A stretch of 64,000 bases of DNA, taken from NCBI GenBank assembly GCA_051439425.1, contig JBFRWD010000140.1, positions 26,309 to 90,308 on the forward strand. The letters run 5' to 3'. Both the position numbers and the translations under genes were made by a program. Of this stretch, positions 32,122 through 44,400 are shown piece by piece. Origin of the DNA: Synechococcus sp. GTDB lineage: Bacteria; Cyanobacteriota; Cyanobacteriia; Thermostichales; PCC-7336. The notes under the pieces are model-generated. The model worked only from the letters and a program-made list of their open reading frames with translations, was not told the DNA's origin and did no database searches. How positions within the stretch are numbered: position 1 is the stretch's first letter; every line of letters begins with the position of its first letter.

Positions 32122-32153
32122 AAAACCCCCAACTCCATGGGGAGTCAGGGGTC
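32122..32153 (-). terminator. Intrinsic terminator downstream of the single-domain response regulator
   Basis: Minus strand reads GACCCCTGACTCC-CCAT-GGAGTTGGGGGT-TTTC. Confidence 0.6.
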
Positions 32154-32291
32154 AAAGATGCCCTGAAGGCAACGGCGTAAAGGCAGCGGATTGAAAAGAG
32201 ACTCGGTTGCGCTCATGGAATGAGTCTAGAATTCTGCGCGTAAATCTTGACTGTGGGAATATCGCGTTACTGCTTAAATCTGCGTTTTCAC

Positions 32292-32705
32292 TCAGACCTG
32301 TGTGGCAACGCAGGACTGAATCAGTTCGTTGATACGATCGACCATAGCCTGTTGGTCAACCACTGGCTTGGCAATATATCCTTGTGCTCCGCTTTCCTGC
32401 AGAAATTTTTCGCGATCGCCCCGCATGGCATGGGCCGTAACCAATATGACTGGTACGTGAGCGGAAGCTGGATTCTGTTTCAGAAATTGCGTAATCCGAA
32501 TCCCATCGACCGATTCGCCGCGATAAAAGCTACCAGACAGCGACACATCCATCAAAATTGCAGCGATATTGCCATCGGCGACCACCTGCAGAATTTCTTC
32601 TACATCTTGGCTGACAATCACCTCAAACCCACCGCGTTTGGACAGAATCGTTGAAAATACGCGGGCATTGAGCGGATCGTCTTCAACCAGCAATACTGTG
32701 GTCAT
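32292..32705 (-). CDS. Single-domain response regulator (DivK-like)
   Basis: VLLVEDD, LMDVSL, VTAHAM, IAKP; ATG at 32705. Confidence 0.92.
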   Translation of the reverse strand: MTTVLLVEDDPLNARVFSTILSKRGGFEVIVSQDVEEILQVVADGNIAAILMDVSLSGSFYRGESVDGIRITQFLKQNPASAHVPVILVTAHAMRGDREKFLQESGAQGYIAKPVVDQQAMVDRINELIQSCVATQV

Positions 32706-33107
32706 ACAACAGTCACCTGCTTGAATGAACGCTCCCAGATTACCCAGGCCAACTGGCGATCTCGACACGGAGACCTAACTCCACTAATTGGTTACACCAT
32801 GCCGAAAAAATTCGTATAAATAATTGCTTTTGATTGCGATTTTCACGATTGAATCGGTTGATGCTTGGGCCAGAGTTGGGATGTTTGAGTGGCAAGAGGT
32901 TGCTGGAGTGCCGGTTGTCCAAAAGACCTCACAAATGTAGCGATAGGCCAACCCCTCCCCGGACGCTCGTAGCCAACGCAATGTCGTTCCAGAATTTCCG
33001 CTTGGCATTAGACTGATTGAGAGCCGAAGAGGCGAGTCTGTGGCGGCCTTGAGGCCGTTTACTTGCGTCAAGCCTGTTATCTACCCAACGCCAGCGTATT
33101 CACTGTT

Positions 33108-33671
33108 ATGACCTCGGAACCTTCGTTATTTGCTACCGCCGCCCGTTACTGCCTGATTTTGGCCGGTGTTTTGGGATTCATGACGGTGGTCCTGTGGGTG
33201 CGCGAGATTAAGTGGAAATTTGCTTTTTTTGGCTATACCGCGTTCACATTAGTGCTAGCTGCTGGGTTGGGAGCTCTAAGCTTGGCACCGATCGTGCGCA
33301 CAACTGTTCCCGGAACGGTGCCGTTCTCAACGGTATTTGACGACAATTCCACCAATGCTGCGATCGCCGTATCGCCGACGATCACCCCCGAACAGCTGGA
33401 ACCCACGCTACGGCAGGCTGCGGCCAACTTGTATTCCTACGGGCGTTATTCCCCGACCACTCGCACGCTAACGATTCGGGCTCGGGCGATTGTTCACCCC
33501 GAACCGGGTATCTCGTTACCGATCTATGTGGGACAGGTGAAACGGTCGATGGAACTGCGTGACGATCCTGACATGACCATTGATATTGACTCCTCTGCGT
33601 TCTCCGAGCTGCGCAAATACTCGCCGGCTAGCCCGTCCTTAACCTCTGAAGGTGATGAGACAGCGGCCTAA
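33108..33671 (+). CDS. ycf51: Ycf51 family (DUF2518) protein
   Basis: Two N-terminal TM helices, then TLRQAAANLYSYGR and IRARAIVHPEPGISLP. Confidence 0.85.
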   Translation: MTSEPSLFATAARYCLILAGVLGFMTVVLWVREIKWKFAFFGYTAFTLVLAAGLGALSLAPIVRTTVPGTVPFSTVFDDNSTNAAIAVSPTITPEQLEPTLRQAAANLYSYGRYSPTTRTLTIRARAIVHPEPGISLPIYVGQVKRSMELRDDPDMTIDIDSSAFSELRKYSPASPSLTSEGDETAA

Positions 33672-33980
33672 ACATTAACAAGTTCGGTTGATGGGTTGCC
33701 GAAAATCTTAATTGCGGCTACCGGTGCGGAAGGCGTCAAAATCTGTAAAAGTGATGTAGTGCTGCTGCATCTGCTTTCAGGCCTAGCGTTTTGCGCCAGT
33801 GCCGAGTCAAATTGAGCCCGTTTAACGTTGAGTAAATCCAGCGTTGACGATGCTCCGGGGGGAAAAGGAGCCTAATGGTATCGAGACTGGGGGTTGCGGA
33901 CGATCGTTGTCTGTGGGCTCGATTGAGTGACCGCATGGGTGGAGATGGGGCTGCAGTATGGTCAAACTGCGCGAGCGGTT

Positions 33981-35282
33981 ATGAACTACTACCAAGTTCT
34001 GGAGATTCCTCCAGATGCGACACCAGAAGATATTAAACGGGCGTACCGCCAACTGGTTCGCAGGCATCATCCTGACGTTGCCACTGACGAAACGGGCGAT
34101 CGCTTCCATCAAATCCAGGCAGCCTACGAGATTCTGAGCGATCCCGGAGAGCGGCGCAAATACGATTTATCTGTGGGGTGGGGACGTTCTCCTCGCACCG
34201 CCATTCCGTATCGTCCGGCCCAAACCAAAACGGGATCGGGGGGGGCATCATCTGCTAATTCCCCTGCACCAAAGTCTCCTGCATCAAAATCTTCCGCAAA
34301 ATCTCCCGCATCACCCAACCCGACCCAACCAGCAGCGCGATCGAGCCAAGCCAGCGATCACGCTCGTTCTGCTTGGGCGAGTACCGCCAATCGCAGCAAG
34401 TTTGACAATACCGAATTCTCAAACAGCGGTCGTTCTCCCAACACTCAGCGCCAAGCGCACGATCGCAAGGCAGCAGCCCATGCGCCTTCGAAAGACCGAC
34501 AGCCGCCGTCCGTTAAATCAGCTCGTTCGCATTCCGAAAGAGACACAGAAAACAGAGGTAGCCGTGAAACACCGGATAAGCCCGGACAAGATCGCCGAGT
34601 GGGAGACCGCCGTAACAGTGGCGGTAAAAGCGACCGTAGCAATGGCTATGCCGAAGATCGCTCCCATATCCCGCACCACGATCGCCCCTCTCAGCAGGGC
34701 GCAACGCGCTCCAACACCCCAACGGTCGACGGGCCCCATAGGACCGTGTCTCCCAGCTATAGCCAGCGAATGCGGACTGCCGACAGTACATACAGCAATA
34801 GTTCGAGTAGCACTTCAAATGGCACCACGCCACCGAATGGCAAGATCCCAGGAGCTAGTAGGTTAGATGCCAGCAGAGCAAGTGCCAGTGCTTCTGCAAC
34901 TAGACAGGCGTCGTCTTCCCCATCCTCCAATTACAAGCCCTATTCTCCTCCCCCCAGACCGGAACCCGAGATTCCTAACTTCAATCGTGGGGTGAAATCT
35001 CTCAAAGAAGCTCTACGAAGTAATCGCTATTCGCTCGCGACCGAGATCGCCGACCAGTTGGTGACCCATTACTCCAACCGTCCCCCGGTTATGCGTCTAT
35101 TTGTGAAGGCGTATCATCTGCGGGGGAATGAGATGCTGTATTACAAGCGCTACGAACTGGCCGAGATTTATTTGTACGAAGCATTGAAAACAGCCCATTC
35201 TCACTATCCCGAGCTGGTAAAAACCATCCAGGCGGATCTCGAACGAACGGATACCAATCGGCGTGAGTTGGGGATGATGTAG
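33981..35282 (+). CDS. J-domain protein with long disordered linker and C-terminal TPR-like region
   Basis: YYQVL..IKRAYR..HHPD..AYEILSD..RRKYD; S/R/P-rich middle; helical C-terminus. Confidence 0.88.
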   Translation: MNYYQVLEIPPDATPEDIKRAYRQLVRRHHPDVATDETGDRFHQIQAAYEILSDPGERRKYDLSVGWGRSPRTAIPYRPAQTKTGSGGASSANSPAPKSPASKSSAKSPASPNPTQPAARSSQASDHARSAWASTANRSKFDNTEFSNSGRSPNTQRQAHDRKAAAHAPSKDRQPPSVKSARSHSERDTENRGSRETPDKPGQDRRVGDRRNSGGKSDRSNGYAEDRSHIPHHDRPSQQGATRSNTPTVDGPHRTVSPSYSQRMRTADSTYSNSSSSTSNGTTPPNGKIPGASRLDASRASASASATRQASSSPSSNYKPYSPPPRPEPEIPNFNRGVKSLKEALRSNRYSLATEIADQLVTHYSNRPPVMRLFVKAYHLRGNEMLYYKRYELAEIYLYEALKTAHSHYPELVKTIQADLERTDTNRRELGMM

Positions 35283-35472
35283 AGCGACGTCCCCCTGTCG
35301 AATAACAGCAGTATGCTCAGGACGGTCCACCAGGCAAGATAGCGGATTGCTATTGCTGTAATTGAAAGTCGATCGCGATTTTCCCCACCGTTTGCGCTAT
35401 GGAGGCTTAGACTAGCGGTCGGGATATGAACTTCCCACATTGGTTTGAACGTTCGCGCCGCCAACCTAGCGG

Positions 35473-36582
35473 ATGGTTCAAACGCTGTTGATGAATTGGG
35501 TAAATCGGACTGTGCCTAAGTGGGATGCAATTGTTGTCGGGAGTGGGGCGATTGGAATGGCGATCGCCTACGAGCTATCGCTGGGTGGTTGCAAGGTCGC
35601 TCTAGTCGATCGGGGGGAACTGGGCAAGCAGGCCAGTTGGGCGGCGGCAGGAATGTTGGCTCCACGAGCGGAAGAGTTACAAGAGGGGCCCCTACTGCAG
35701 TTGTGCCTGAAAAGTTTAGGACTGTATCCAGAGTGGTCCACGCAACTGCAACGTCTGTCTGGAGTTGATATCGGATATTGGCCTTGCGGGATTTTAAGAC
35801 CCTGTCTGGAGGGGGAGACAGTAGCAACCGATCGCCTATTGACACGCTCGGAGCTGGACGAACTGCAGGTGGGGTTGGGCTCGAAGGTGGTAGGCGCTGG
35901 TTGGTTGCCAAACGAAGGGCAGGTGGACAACCGCCAGTTGGTGCAGTCGTTGAGGGCTGCGTTGACAGAGGTGGGAGCGATCGCGATCCCCAACACCGAC
36001 GTTAGGCAATGGCAAGTGGAGGGCGATCGCGTTGTGGCTGTACAGACCTCCCGAGGTCGCTTGCTGGCGGACTCATTCGTGCTGGCGGGAGGGGCGTATT
36101 CGTCCGAACTCTTGGATATTCCCGTTCGTCCCCTGAAGGGGCAAATGCTGATGGTGAACGATCCGGTTTGCCAGTTGCAGCACGTTCTCTACGGCCAGGG
36201 CATCTACATCGTTCCACGCCAGGATGGACGCATTGTGGTGGGGGCGACAGAAGAAGATGTGGGATTTGAAGACGGCAATACGGGTGGTGCCATGCAGTCG
36301 TTATTGCAGAAAGCGATCGCGGTGTTCCCCAAGATTGCCGGGTTGAACTTATTGGAGACCTGGTGGGGGTATCGACCAACCACTCCCGATCTGCTGCCTA
36401 TTCTGGGAAGGGGCCCCCAGGAGAATGTGTATGTGGCGACCGGTCACCATCGCAACGGTATATTGCTGGTGCCGGCGACGGCTAGAGTGATGGCTCGACT
36501 AATTTTGGATGGAGATCGCGATCCGCTACTGCAGCACTTTAGTTGGCGACGGTTTCAGGCTGCCGAACTCAGCAAAGTCTGA
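35473..36582 (+). CDS. thiO: Glycine oxidase ThiO
   Basis: GSGAIG FAD motif, ASWAAAGML, YIVPR, GYRP, GHHRNGILL. Confidence 0.92.
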   Translation: MVQTLLMNWVNRTVPKWDAIVVGSGAIGMAIAYELSLGGCKVALVDRGELGKQASWAAAGMLAPRAEELQEGPLLQLCLKSLGLYPEWSTQLQRLSGVDIGYWPCGILRPCLEGETVATDRLLTRSELDELQVGLGSKVVGAGWLPNEGQVDNRQLVQSLRAALTEVGAIAIPNTDVRQWQVEGDRVVAVQTSRGRLLADSFVLAGGAYSSELLDIPVRPLKGQMLMVNDPVCQLQHVLYGQGIYIVPRQDGRIVVGATEEDVGFEDGNTGGAMQSLLQKAIAVFPKIAGLNLLETWWGYRPTTPDLLPILGRGPQENVYVATGHHRNGILLVPATARVMARLILDGDRDPLLQHFSWRRFQAAELSKV

Positions 36583-36695
36583 CCAATTACAGTAGAGCGA
36601 GCGATCGCTTATCCGTTGCAAGTTGTAATTACTGCCACTCGACTCTGGAGTTTGTGAGTACATTGAGGTTACGGTTTGCTCGGGAGACAAGACCA

Positions 36696-37283
36696 GTGGT
36701 TCGGGTGTTGATTCCGTTAGTTGATGGGTTTGAAGAAATCGAGGCGATCGCGATTATCGATATTCTGCGCAGGGCGGAGATTGACGTCACGGTTGCAAGC
36801 TTGGGGGCGCCAAACACGGTTGTGACAGGTAGCCATCATATTCCCGTTCAACCCGATACTACGCTGGATGAAATTTGGAGCGAGACCCTAGTCAATCAGT
36901 ACGATGCGTTGGTGATTCCGGGCGGCCCTGGTGTGAGTACGTTGTTGGAATCTGCAGCGTTGGGTCAGCTCGTGCTGCTGTTTGATAAGTCTCGCAAGTG
37001 TACGGCTGCAATTTGTGCGGCCCCGTTAGTGTTATCAAAAGCTGGATTACTGAAGCGACGCAGAGCGACGAGTTTTCCCGGCGTGCGCGATCGGATTGAT
37101 GCTGGGCAGTACAGCGAGGAGCGCGTAGTGGTGGATGGGCACATTGTCACCAGTCGCGGCGCAGGAACTGCTGTCGAATTTGCGCTGCAGTTGGTGGCTG
37201 AGTTGATCGATCCGGTAAAGGCCAATGAGGTGGGCAAGTCCATTGTGTCTCACTGGATTCCGGAGCCGATCGCCACTGCGTAG
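36696..37283 (+). CDS. DJ-1/PfpI (YajL/ThiJ-like) protein
   Basis: GFEEIE, IPGG, AAICAAP nucleophile elbow, TSRGAGT; GTG 36696 follows GGAG. Confidence 0.92.
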   Translation: MVRVLIPLVDGFEEIEAIAIIDILRRAEIDVTVASLGAPNTVVTGSHHIPVQPDTTLDEIWSETLVNQYDALVIPGGPGVSTLLESAALGQLVLLFDKSRKCTAAICAAPLVLSKAGLLKRRRATSFPGVRDRIDAGQYSEERVVVDGHIVTSRGAGTAVEFALQLVAELIDPVKANEVGKSIVSHWIPEPIATA

Positions 37284-37660
37284 CTTATTTGCAGGCAATT
37301 GATTGGGATTTACTGCAACGCCATGAAGTCCGACAACAACTCGCAGGCGTAGTTGAATGTCCGGCGTTATCGATCGTGCATTGTCATGTAGGTGATTTGC
37401 CAACTAGGTTAAGTTGATTGCGGCGCAGTAATTCATATCGAAGGAGGAAAGTGTGGCGTCGTTACGACGGCGACTACTGATGGTTGATTGTTGAGAAGTT
37501 CGTTTCTATTCACGATTCTTTGTTCTTCGAGGAGGCTGTTGCTGATGAATATTTTTCTTAACTCAGAGGACCTGTTGTTGACAGATCCACATGGTTTACA
37601 GTGCCGGTTGTCCAGCATCTTGGGTCCACTTCAGTTGTCCCAAGTGAAACACGACTTTTA

Positions 37661-39181
37661 CTATGGGGAAACCAAATTCCCTATGAAATCCAGTAGAGGA
37701 TTTTCCATGTAACGCCTCAACATGGCTTGATCCAAGAAGGGATCATCAGTTTGCTCGCGATAGTCTTGTAACTCATTCAAGAGGCGTTGTTGAACATCTT
37801 CGTAGGCTGGCAGGCCTGCAAGGTTGTTGAACTCTACTGGATCCTCTTGCAAGTCGTAGAGTTCGAATTCCGGTGGATCAACGAAGGTAGCAAAAGCTTG
37901 CTGCACGGGAGTGCCTTCATACGGCACCTCTTGGGATGCCAGATACGCATCACTGCGAGCGTCTCTGGAGCTTGGGCGGGCTTTTCCAGCCAATAAGTTG
38001 TGAATTAGTTTGTAACGCCGATCGCGAATCGAACGGCGCGGGAAAAATGGATGCGGCCCGTGAAAATGATGCTCTGCTACCAGATATTCGCGCAGCTCTG
38101 CCTCGGGCTGTGAGAGTAAGCTACGAAGTGATTGTCCATGAGTTGTCCCACCAAAATCAACACCAGTTGCATCTAGGATCGTCGGTAGAATGTCAAGAGT
38201 TGACACCATAGAATCGCTGCGCATAGGAGTCGACACCCCAGGCCACCGGATTAAAAACGGAACGTGAAGCCCGCCTTCATAGAGCGTAGTTTTACCACGC
38301 GAAAACGGAGGGCCGTGATCGCTGGTAAATATAACTAGAGTATTGTCATCGAGTTCGTGCTTGTGGATAACGTCCATCAACATGCCAACACCAATATCTA
38401 CCCGCCGGACACCGTTGAAGTAAGTTGCCAAGCGTTTCCTTTCGAGAGGCGTGTCAATAGTTGAGAAAGGTAATGGTGTCACCTCTTCTGGGGTAAGGGG
38501 ATTTTCAGGGATTCCATCTAATTGAAGCGGATAGGTCTTATCTTCCCTTCTCCCAAATTCGTGTGGATCAGAGTAATTGACCATCAAAAAAAACGGTCGA
38601 TCACCAGCCTCTGAGATAAAAACATCTGCCTTGCTAGCGATCCAGCTTATGTCCCGAGCCGAATCAAAAGCATTTTTTCCCTCGTCACGGAACCATTCGT
38701 CGAACTGAAAGCTATCTTGAGGGGCTACATGTAGTTTGCCAATATTACCGGTGCGGTAGCCTTCCGCTTTTAGGAGATTGGGAATCGTTTTATTGCGTAG
38801 CGAGGAGTGCAGCTCAATTTTGGGACGAAAGGGGGCATGCCAAGTGGACAATGGGAGGCCGAACTGCCCTGTTGCGTGAGGTTGAAGTCCAGTAAAAATA
38901 GAACTCCTAGAGGCGCTGCACGAAGCCTGGGTAACGTAAGCCAAGTCGAATTGCACTCCACTGGCAGCCAGTTCATCCAGGTGGGGGGTCTCAACCAGCG
39001 TTTCACCGTAACTACTGAGCTGTAAGCCGAGGTCGTCAGCTGTGATCAGCAGTACATTCATACGATTGCTGTTTGCCCCAGCACTGTACATCCAGAAGCC
39101 AAGCAGACAAGCGACAATTGCAGCTAGGACAAACTTCTTTTTGAAACGGCTCAATCCAGATCCTTTGAGATACTTCTTCAA
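37661..39181 (-). CDS. Formylglycine-type sulfatase (N-sulfoglucosamine sulfohydrolase-like), probably exported
   Basis: NVLLITADDLG, SCSASRSSIFTG, GKLHV, TSDHG, ELYDLQEDP; basic-hydrophobic N-terminus. Confidence 0.9.
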   Translation of the reverse strand: MKKYLKGSGLSRFKKKFVLAAIVACLLGFWMYSAGANSNRMNVLLITADDLGLQLSSYGETLVETPHLDELAASGVQFDLAYVTQASCSASRSSIFTGLQPHATGQFGLPLSTWHAPFRPKIELHSSLRNKTIPNLLKAEGYRTGNIGKLHVAPQDSFQFDEWFRDEGKNAFDSARDISWIASKADVFISEAGDRPFFLMVNYSDPHEFGRREDKTYPLQLDGIPENPLTPEEVTPLPFSTIDTPLERKRLATYFNGVRRVDIGVGMLMDVIHKHELDDNTLVIFTSDHGPPFSRGKTTLYEGGLHVPFLIRWPGVSTPMRSDSMVSTLDILPTILDATGVDFGGTTHGQSLRSLLSQPEAELREYLVAEHHFHGPHPFFPRRSIRDRRYKLIHNLLAGKARPSSRDARSDAYLASQEVPYEGTPVQQAFATFVDPPEFELYDLQEDPVEFNNLAGLPAYEDVQQRLLNELQDYREQTDDPFLDQAMLRRYMENPLLDFIGNLVSP

Positions 39182-39340
39182 AAACAGGCAGAGTACTTTG
39201 ACTGTTTCAGATGATGAACAGGAGCAATGCTACCTCATATCTAGATCGTGGTTCAAAAAGTGGCCAATTTGGGTAACAGTCGCAGCAAAAAATGGACCAA
39301 CTCTTAAAGTGGGCCAATCAGGCAAAAAAAAGTATAGAGC

Positions 39341-40064
39341 TCATGCCCTCTGGAAGCGCTGGAATCCCAACATCTCCAGGCAGTACGGATGGGCCTCACC
39401 AGTCATCAGTTCTCTGGGGCCCTTCCCCACTCGCTGTGCCACCTGGCTGCGGATGAAACGGCAGTGATTCAGAAAAAAACTGCAACAGGCTCAGATAGGA
39501 ATCACTCAAACTCCTGCGCAGGAAAAAGTAGTTTCGCAGAGGGCAATTCAGATTCTCCATCAGCGAGCTGGCTCTCGGAGTCGGCTTGAGCGCCCCAGCT
39601 ACCGCCTTCATCACTGAATGAAACTGCCCGGATAGCTGAGCATACAACTGATTCCAGCGTTCCCAGTAGGGATTAGATGTCGGCCGTTTCCTGAACAGCA
39701 GATAGACCTCTCTCACCGTCTGTAGTGGCAAGTTAAAACTGCGAGCAACGGCTTCCAGTTTGCGATAAAGGACACCACCAGCAAACGCCAACAAATCATC
39801 CCGTTGTTTGCCTAAAGCTTTTCTGAGTGTGCAAATCGCTGGGTGTTGGTTGCACTCTAGCTTCTGGAGTTCGACGACGATGAAATCGTAGAGCTCTTGC
39901 CGTGCCTCCAGTGACGGTCCCGCCAGTTCGAAAACGTCGTGACCCAGCTACTGCAGCAATGTTTTGAGATCCTGAGCCAGCGGTACGAGTTTCCGTTCTT
40001 TTTGCCTAGCATGGCCCAATCGGCTTCTCATCTGCCTGGTGACTTGATGGGTCAGTCTCGCTTT
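39341..40064 (-). pseudogene. Degraded transposase-like gene, 3' half
   Basis: ..DLKTLLQ*LGHDVFELAG..RDDLLAFAG..RASSLMENLN..LRNYFFLRR with stop and frameshifts; ends at the IS5 left end. Family assignment is from memory. Confidence 0.6.
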
Positions 40065-41253
40065 CAATTGGTTGCGGGTTTTGGCTCCCGTATGAATTTG
40101 TCTGAAAGCCCCTACTGACCAGGAACTCCATCGATTCAGCCTAAAGCGGCTACAGTCCTTTAGGTTGACGGTTGATTGGAGTGATGATGGCTCAATCTCT
40201 CTTCTGGCAACGGATTCCAGCGCATCTGATTTTGAAGTGGTTTGAGAAATTTGTCTTGCCCTACTTGCATATCGGGAGTCGCGGACCTCAGTCGAAGCTG
40301 GCTTTGCATCGGATATTCAACTACATCCTCAAGCTTCTATACCTCGGGTGTTAGTGGAAAGAGCTGCCCATCGAAAACGATAAAGAGGGACAACCTGAGA
40401 TTCACTACAGCAAAATCTATCGTGCCTTTAGGCGCTTCGAAACCCATGGTTGCTTTGATGCCATTTTCACAGGTTCTGTCGTGCAGATTCACCAGAATGA
40501 TGACCTCGACATCCGCGTCATCCATGGTGATGGAACGACGACAGCAGCGAAGAAGGGCGGCGATAATCTTGGATTTAGCGGACACAAACACGTAACAGGC
40601 GACAAGGTGGTTGCCTTCTGCGATCGCCACTGCAATGTCATCGCCCCGTTCGTGACTGCCCCTGGCAACCGTCATGAGTCTCCGCTGTTGAGCGAAGCTC
40701 GCTCAAAAGTGGCACGCACCGCTCAGGCGGTAGGACTGGCGTTGAGCGATACAACGGTCAGTCTGGATTCTGCTTATGACAGCCGGAGAAACCGCAAAGC
40801 CATTTTCAACCGTGGCATGACTCCAAACATTCCGGAAAACTGGCGCAGTAGAAAGACGCCTAAGCGGGGACGCAAGCGTTTGTTCAGAGCAGCGATTTGT
40901 CAAGAGAGGTTTTTCACCATCGAGAGGGGCTTTGCCTGGGAAGACAAATTTAGGCGTCTATTGCTGCGCTTCGAACGGATCGGCCGATTGCACTATGCCT
41001 TAAAGAGTTTGGCACATACGACGATCGATCTCCGGTATTTCGGCAAGAGATCGGCCACGTCTTCAGCATATTCTCTTAGGTCTCGGTACTAGAGATCTCG
41101 ATTTGCTGTGCTTTGAAAAGAAGAATACAGATAGCAGGAACGAGAACCACTGCCGAATCAGATCGGTTATACCCGATTGAATTCACAAGGCAGAATCCAG
41201 CTGGCTATGCAAGTCGACAGTTCTGATTGGTTACATCCAACCCCCGCAACCAG
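40065..41253 (+). mobile_element. IS5-family insertion sequence with inactivated transposase
   Basis: Left IR TGGTTGCGGGTTTTGG (40069-40084), right IR CCAACCCCCGCAACCA (41237-41252). Transposase ~40187-41092 (HGDGT, LDSAYDS, IERGFAWEDKFRRL) has an in-frame TAG at 40352-40354. Confidence 0.85.
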
Positions 41254-41426
41254 GTCTGAGGAAGAATTCTGAAAGCCAGGCACAGCATGGGTTTAGCTAG
41301 AATGAAAAAGCCTTGGGGCCTCTACTATGTCTATAAAGGAATTTCGAGCTTAGGTAGATACCTTGATTGTGAGGTTCCCTTTAAATCATCTGCTAGCACT
41401 GCTGCAACTCATATAAGCCGAATCTT

Positions 41427-44400
41427 ATGTCCATATCAATCTGGGATACTTCAGAACTAATCGTTAACAATCTTTACTATTGGCTAAATTCATCACCTTT
41501 GAGTAATGGCTTTTTCAGAACGTCATTAAACCGACAATGGCAACCTACAGGAACCCAAGTTGCTTCGGTGGTGTCTCAGTCCAGGTTGATTTTCACAATG
41601 TCTATGGGATATAGACTCACTGGGGATGAGAGTTTCCGAGCAGCAGTGGTTCGGGGAGCTGATTTTTTACTCAACTACTTTCCTAATAATGCGCAAGGTG
41701 ATGGTAAGTGGTACTGGAGCGTTTTGCCTGACGGTACGGTTAGCACTGTCTCCGATCCCAATGGCAGAGCTGACCTAAACCGATATGGAGAGGCATTTGC
41801 AATTTTTGGGCTGGCCAATGCTTATCAAGTCAATCCTGATTCTCGCTATTTGGATGCTGCGCTATCCACATTAAGAAATCTGGATTTGTGGACAGATATT
41901 GAAACTTACCCTGAAACAGTTCACGACCATGAGAAAACGTTTAACTCAGTGTTACACACATTTGAGGCACTGTTGTATTTGAGTGATGTGGCGCTCCCTA
42001 ATAGTAGTTTGTGGAAAGAGATTCAGATCAAAGCTGACTCATTAGCAACTTTCATCTTTTCGGAGCTTTATAACTCGACTGGCCATATCCCTGAAAAGTT
42101 TAATGCCCAATGGCAACCACTATCAACTTCGGCAGGGGGGTACATTGAAGTTGGCCACATCGTTGAAATGGCATTTTTTATCAGTGCTGCAATAGAACGA
42201 GGCCTCATTCCAGGAAATTATCTTAGCCAAGGCCAAAAATTATTGGACTTTGGGATAGAGCATGGTTACGATGCTCAGAATGGTGGCATCATTACTCGTG
42301 TCTCGGAGACTGGACAGCCCATTAGAACTGACAAAATTTGGTGGGAACAAAATGAATTGTTGAGGACTATTGCACAATACGCTAGTCTCCACGGAAGAGA
42401 GGACCTGTGGTCATTATTTCGACAAACTTCCCACTATGTTGAAACTAACTTTATAGATGAAGTATATGGTGGTTGGTATGCGCAGCCAGCTGATGTTCTC
42501 GGTGATAACGAAGCGGCAAAAGCAAAAGGCAACATTTGGAAAGTTGGTTACCATGTCACCACAATGCATGCTCAAGCAATTCAGCTCTATGAACGAGGAG
42601 AATTGGGCTTAGGAGCATCCGTTCACATCAATTTCCCAAACGCAGTTTCCGTGGGAGACGATTCAAGCGCATCTTATGAAATTAGTTTGGCTGTTCAACC
42701 AACGGAACCTGTAATAATTACAGTCACTGATGAAGAAGATTCTACCGGAACTCCAACAACTCTAATCTTTACTGCAAGCAACTGGAATCAACCTCAAACC
42801 GTTGCAATAGATACCGACAATGTCCTTCCTGAGGACAGCCTGCTCAACATTAATCTACAGGTAAGCCAGACAAGCAGTGACCCGAATTACAATCAATTGT
42901 CACCGCTTGACTTAGTTACCCAAATCTCCATAGGCTCAACATCGCCACCTGCCTCAGACACTTTGCACTTTAGCTTGAACTCAGCCCAAACATTTAGCGA
43001 TCTAAACCTAAACCCGATAGATATTGTTGAATTCGATGGAACAGGCTTTAGGCTCTTTTTTGATGGCTCGGATGTTGGCCTAACGACTGGCAAAATCGAT
43101 GCCATTGATGTCATTAGCGATACGGAGATCCTCCTCTCCTTCAACAATGCGATTAGGGTCCCTGGTTTAGGAACCGTAGATGACTCGGATATAGTCCGGT
43201 TCACGGCTAACAGTTTGGGAGAAAATACATTAGGCACGTTCTCTCTGGAGTTCGATGCTAGTGACGTGGGATTAAGAAGTGGCAGTGAGGATGTTGATGC
43301 CATTACTCTCTTACCTGATGGCAGTTTGCTGATTTCTACAACTGGTAGCCTTAACCCCGGGAGTGGAACCATTGCGGCTGATGAAGATATCGTTCTGTTC
43401 ACCCCGACGTCCTTGGGAGAGACGACAGCAGGTAGTTTCTCTCTATATGTTGATAGTAGTGATATCGGTCTTGGCAGTGAAGATGTCGATGCGTTTGGAA
43501 TCAATGCAACAGGTGACCTCTACTTTTCGACGACTAATAGCTTTATAGTGTCCGGATTGTCGGGAGATGATGAGGATGTTTTTGGTTTTACTCCATCCTC
43601 TTTAGGGAATTCTACGAGCGGTAGTTTTGCCTCGGCTCTCTTCTTTGATGGCGATAGGTTTGGGCTCGCTGTCAACGACATCACTGGCCTTGATATTTCT
43701 GGTAATGGCGCCAGTGGTGCACCCGGGGACACTACCCCCCCCAGCATTTCCAGCCTCACCCCAACAGATAATGCAACCAACGTTCCAGTGGGTAGTAATC
43801 TACAAATCCAGTTCAGCGAAGTGGTCCAGGCTGGAACGGGAACGATCGTGCTAAAACGTCTCTCTGATGGCAGTGAGATCGAGTCGATTAATGTCACGTC
43901 CAATCAGGTGACGATCTCGGGGTCCACCGTGACGATCGATCCTAGCGATTTGGCCGCCGATACGGATATCTATGTAGAAATTGCCGCCGGTGCATTTGAG
44001 GATGGAGCGGGGAATGATTTTGCCGGGATTGCTGACGACACCACCTGGAATTTCACCACTGCAGCTCCACCAGTTGGATTGGACAATTTGGTCTTTGTCA
44101 GTTCTCAAGGGAATGGCAGCGTGGGTGGAGTTTCCTACAGAGATGAAGATGTCCTAACCTATGACCCCAGTACTGGAAGCTGGGAGCAATTTTTCGATGG
44201 CTCTGATGTGGGAATAACCGCTGATACTAATGCCGTTCATGTGATGGATGATGGCAGTGTGTTGTTGAGCTTTGAATCGGCTGTTACGGTCTCGGGCTTG
44301 GGGACTGTTGATGACAGCGATATCATCCGGTTTACTCCCACTTCTACGGGAGCCAACACCGCCGGAAGTTTTGAATTATATTTCGACGGGTCTGATGTGG

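Noticed and set aside
35473..36582. Stand-alone thiO without thiG or a TPP riboswitch
   Set aside because: Unfused thiO is common, and no riboswitch consensus is visible upstream.
37284..37660. Short ORFs between the DJ-1 gene and the sulfatase, and a 12-bp match (AGTTGAATGTCC) to element copy 1
   Set aside because: No recognisable protein, and the rest of the element is absent; likely chance.
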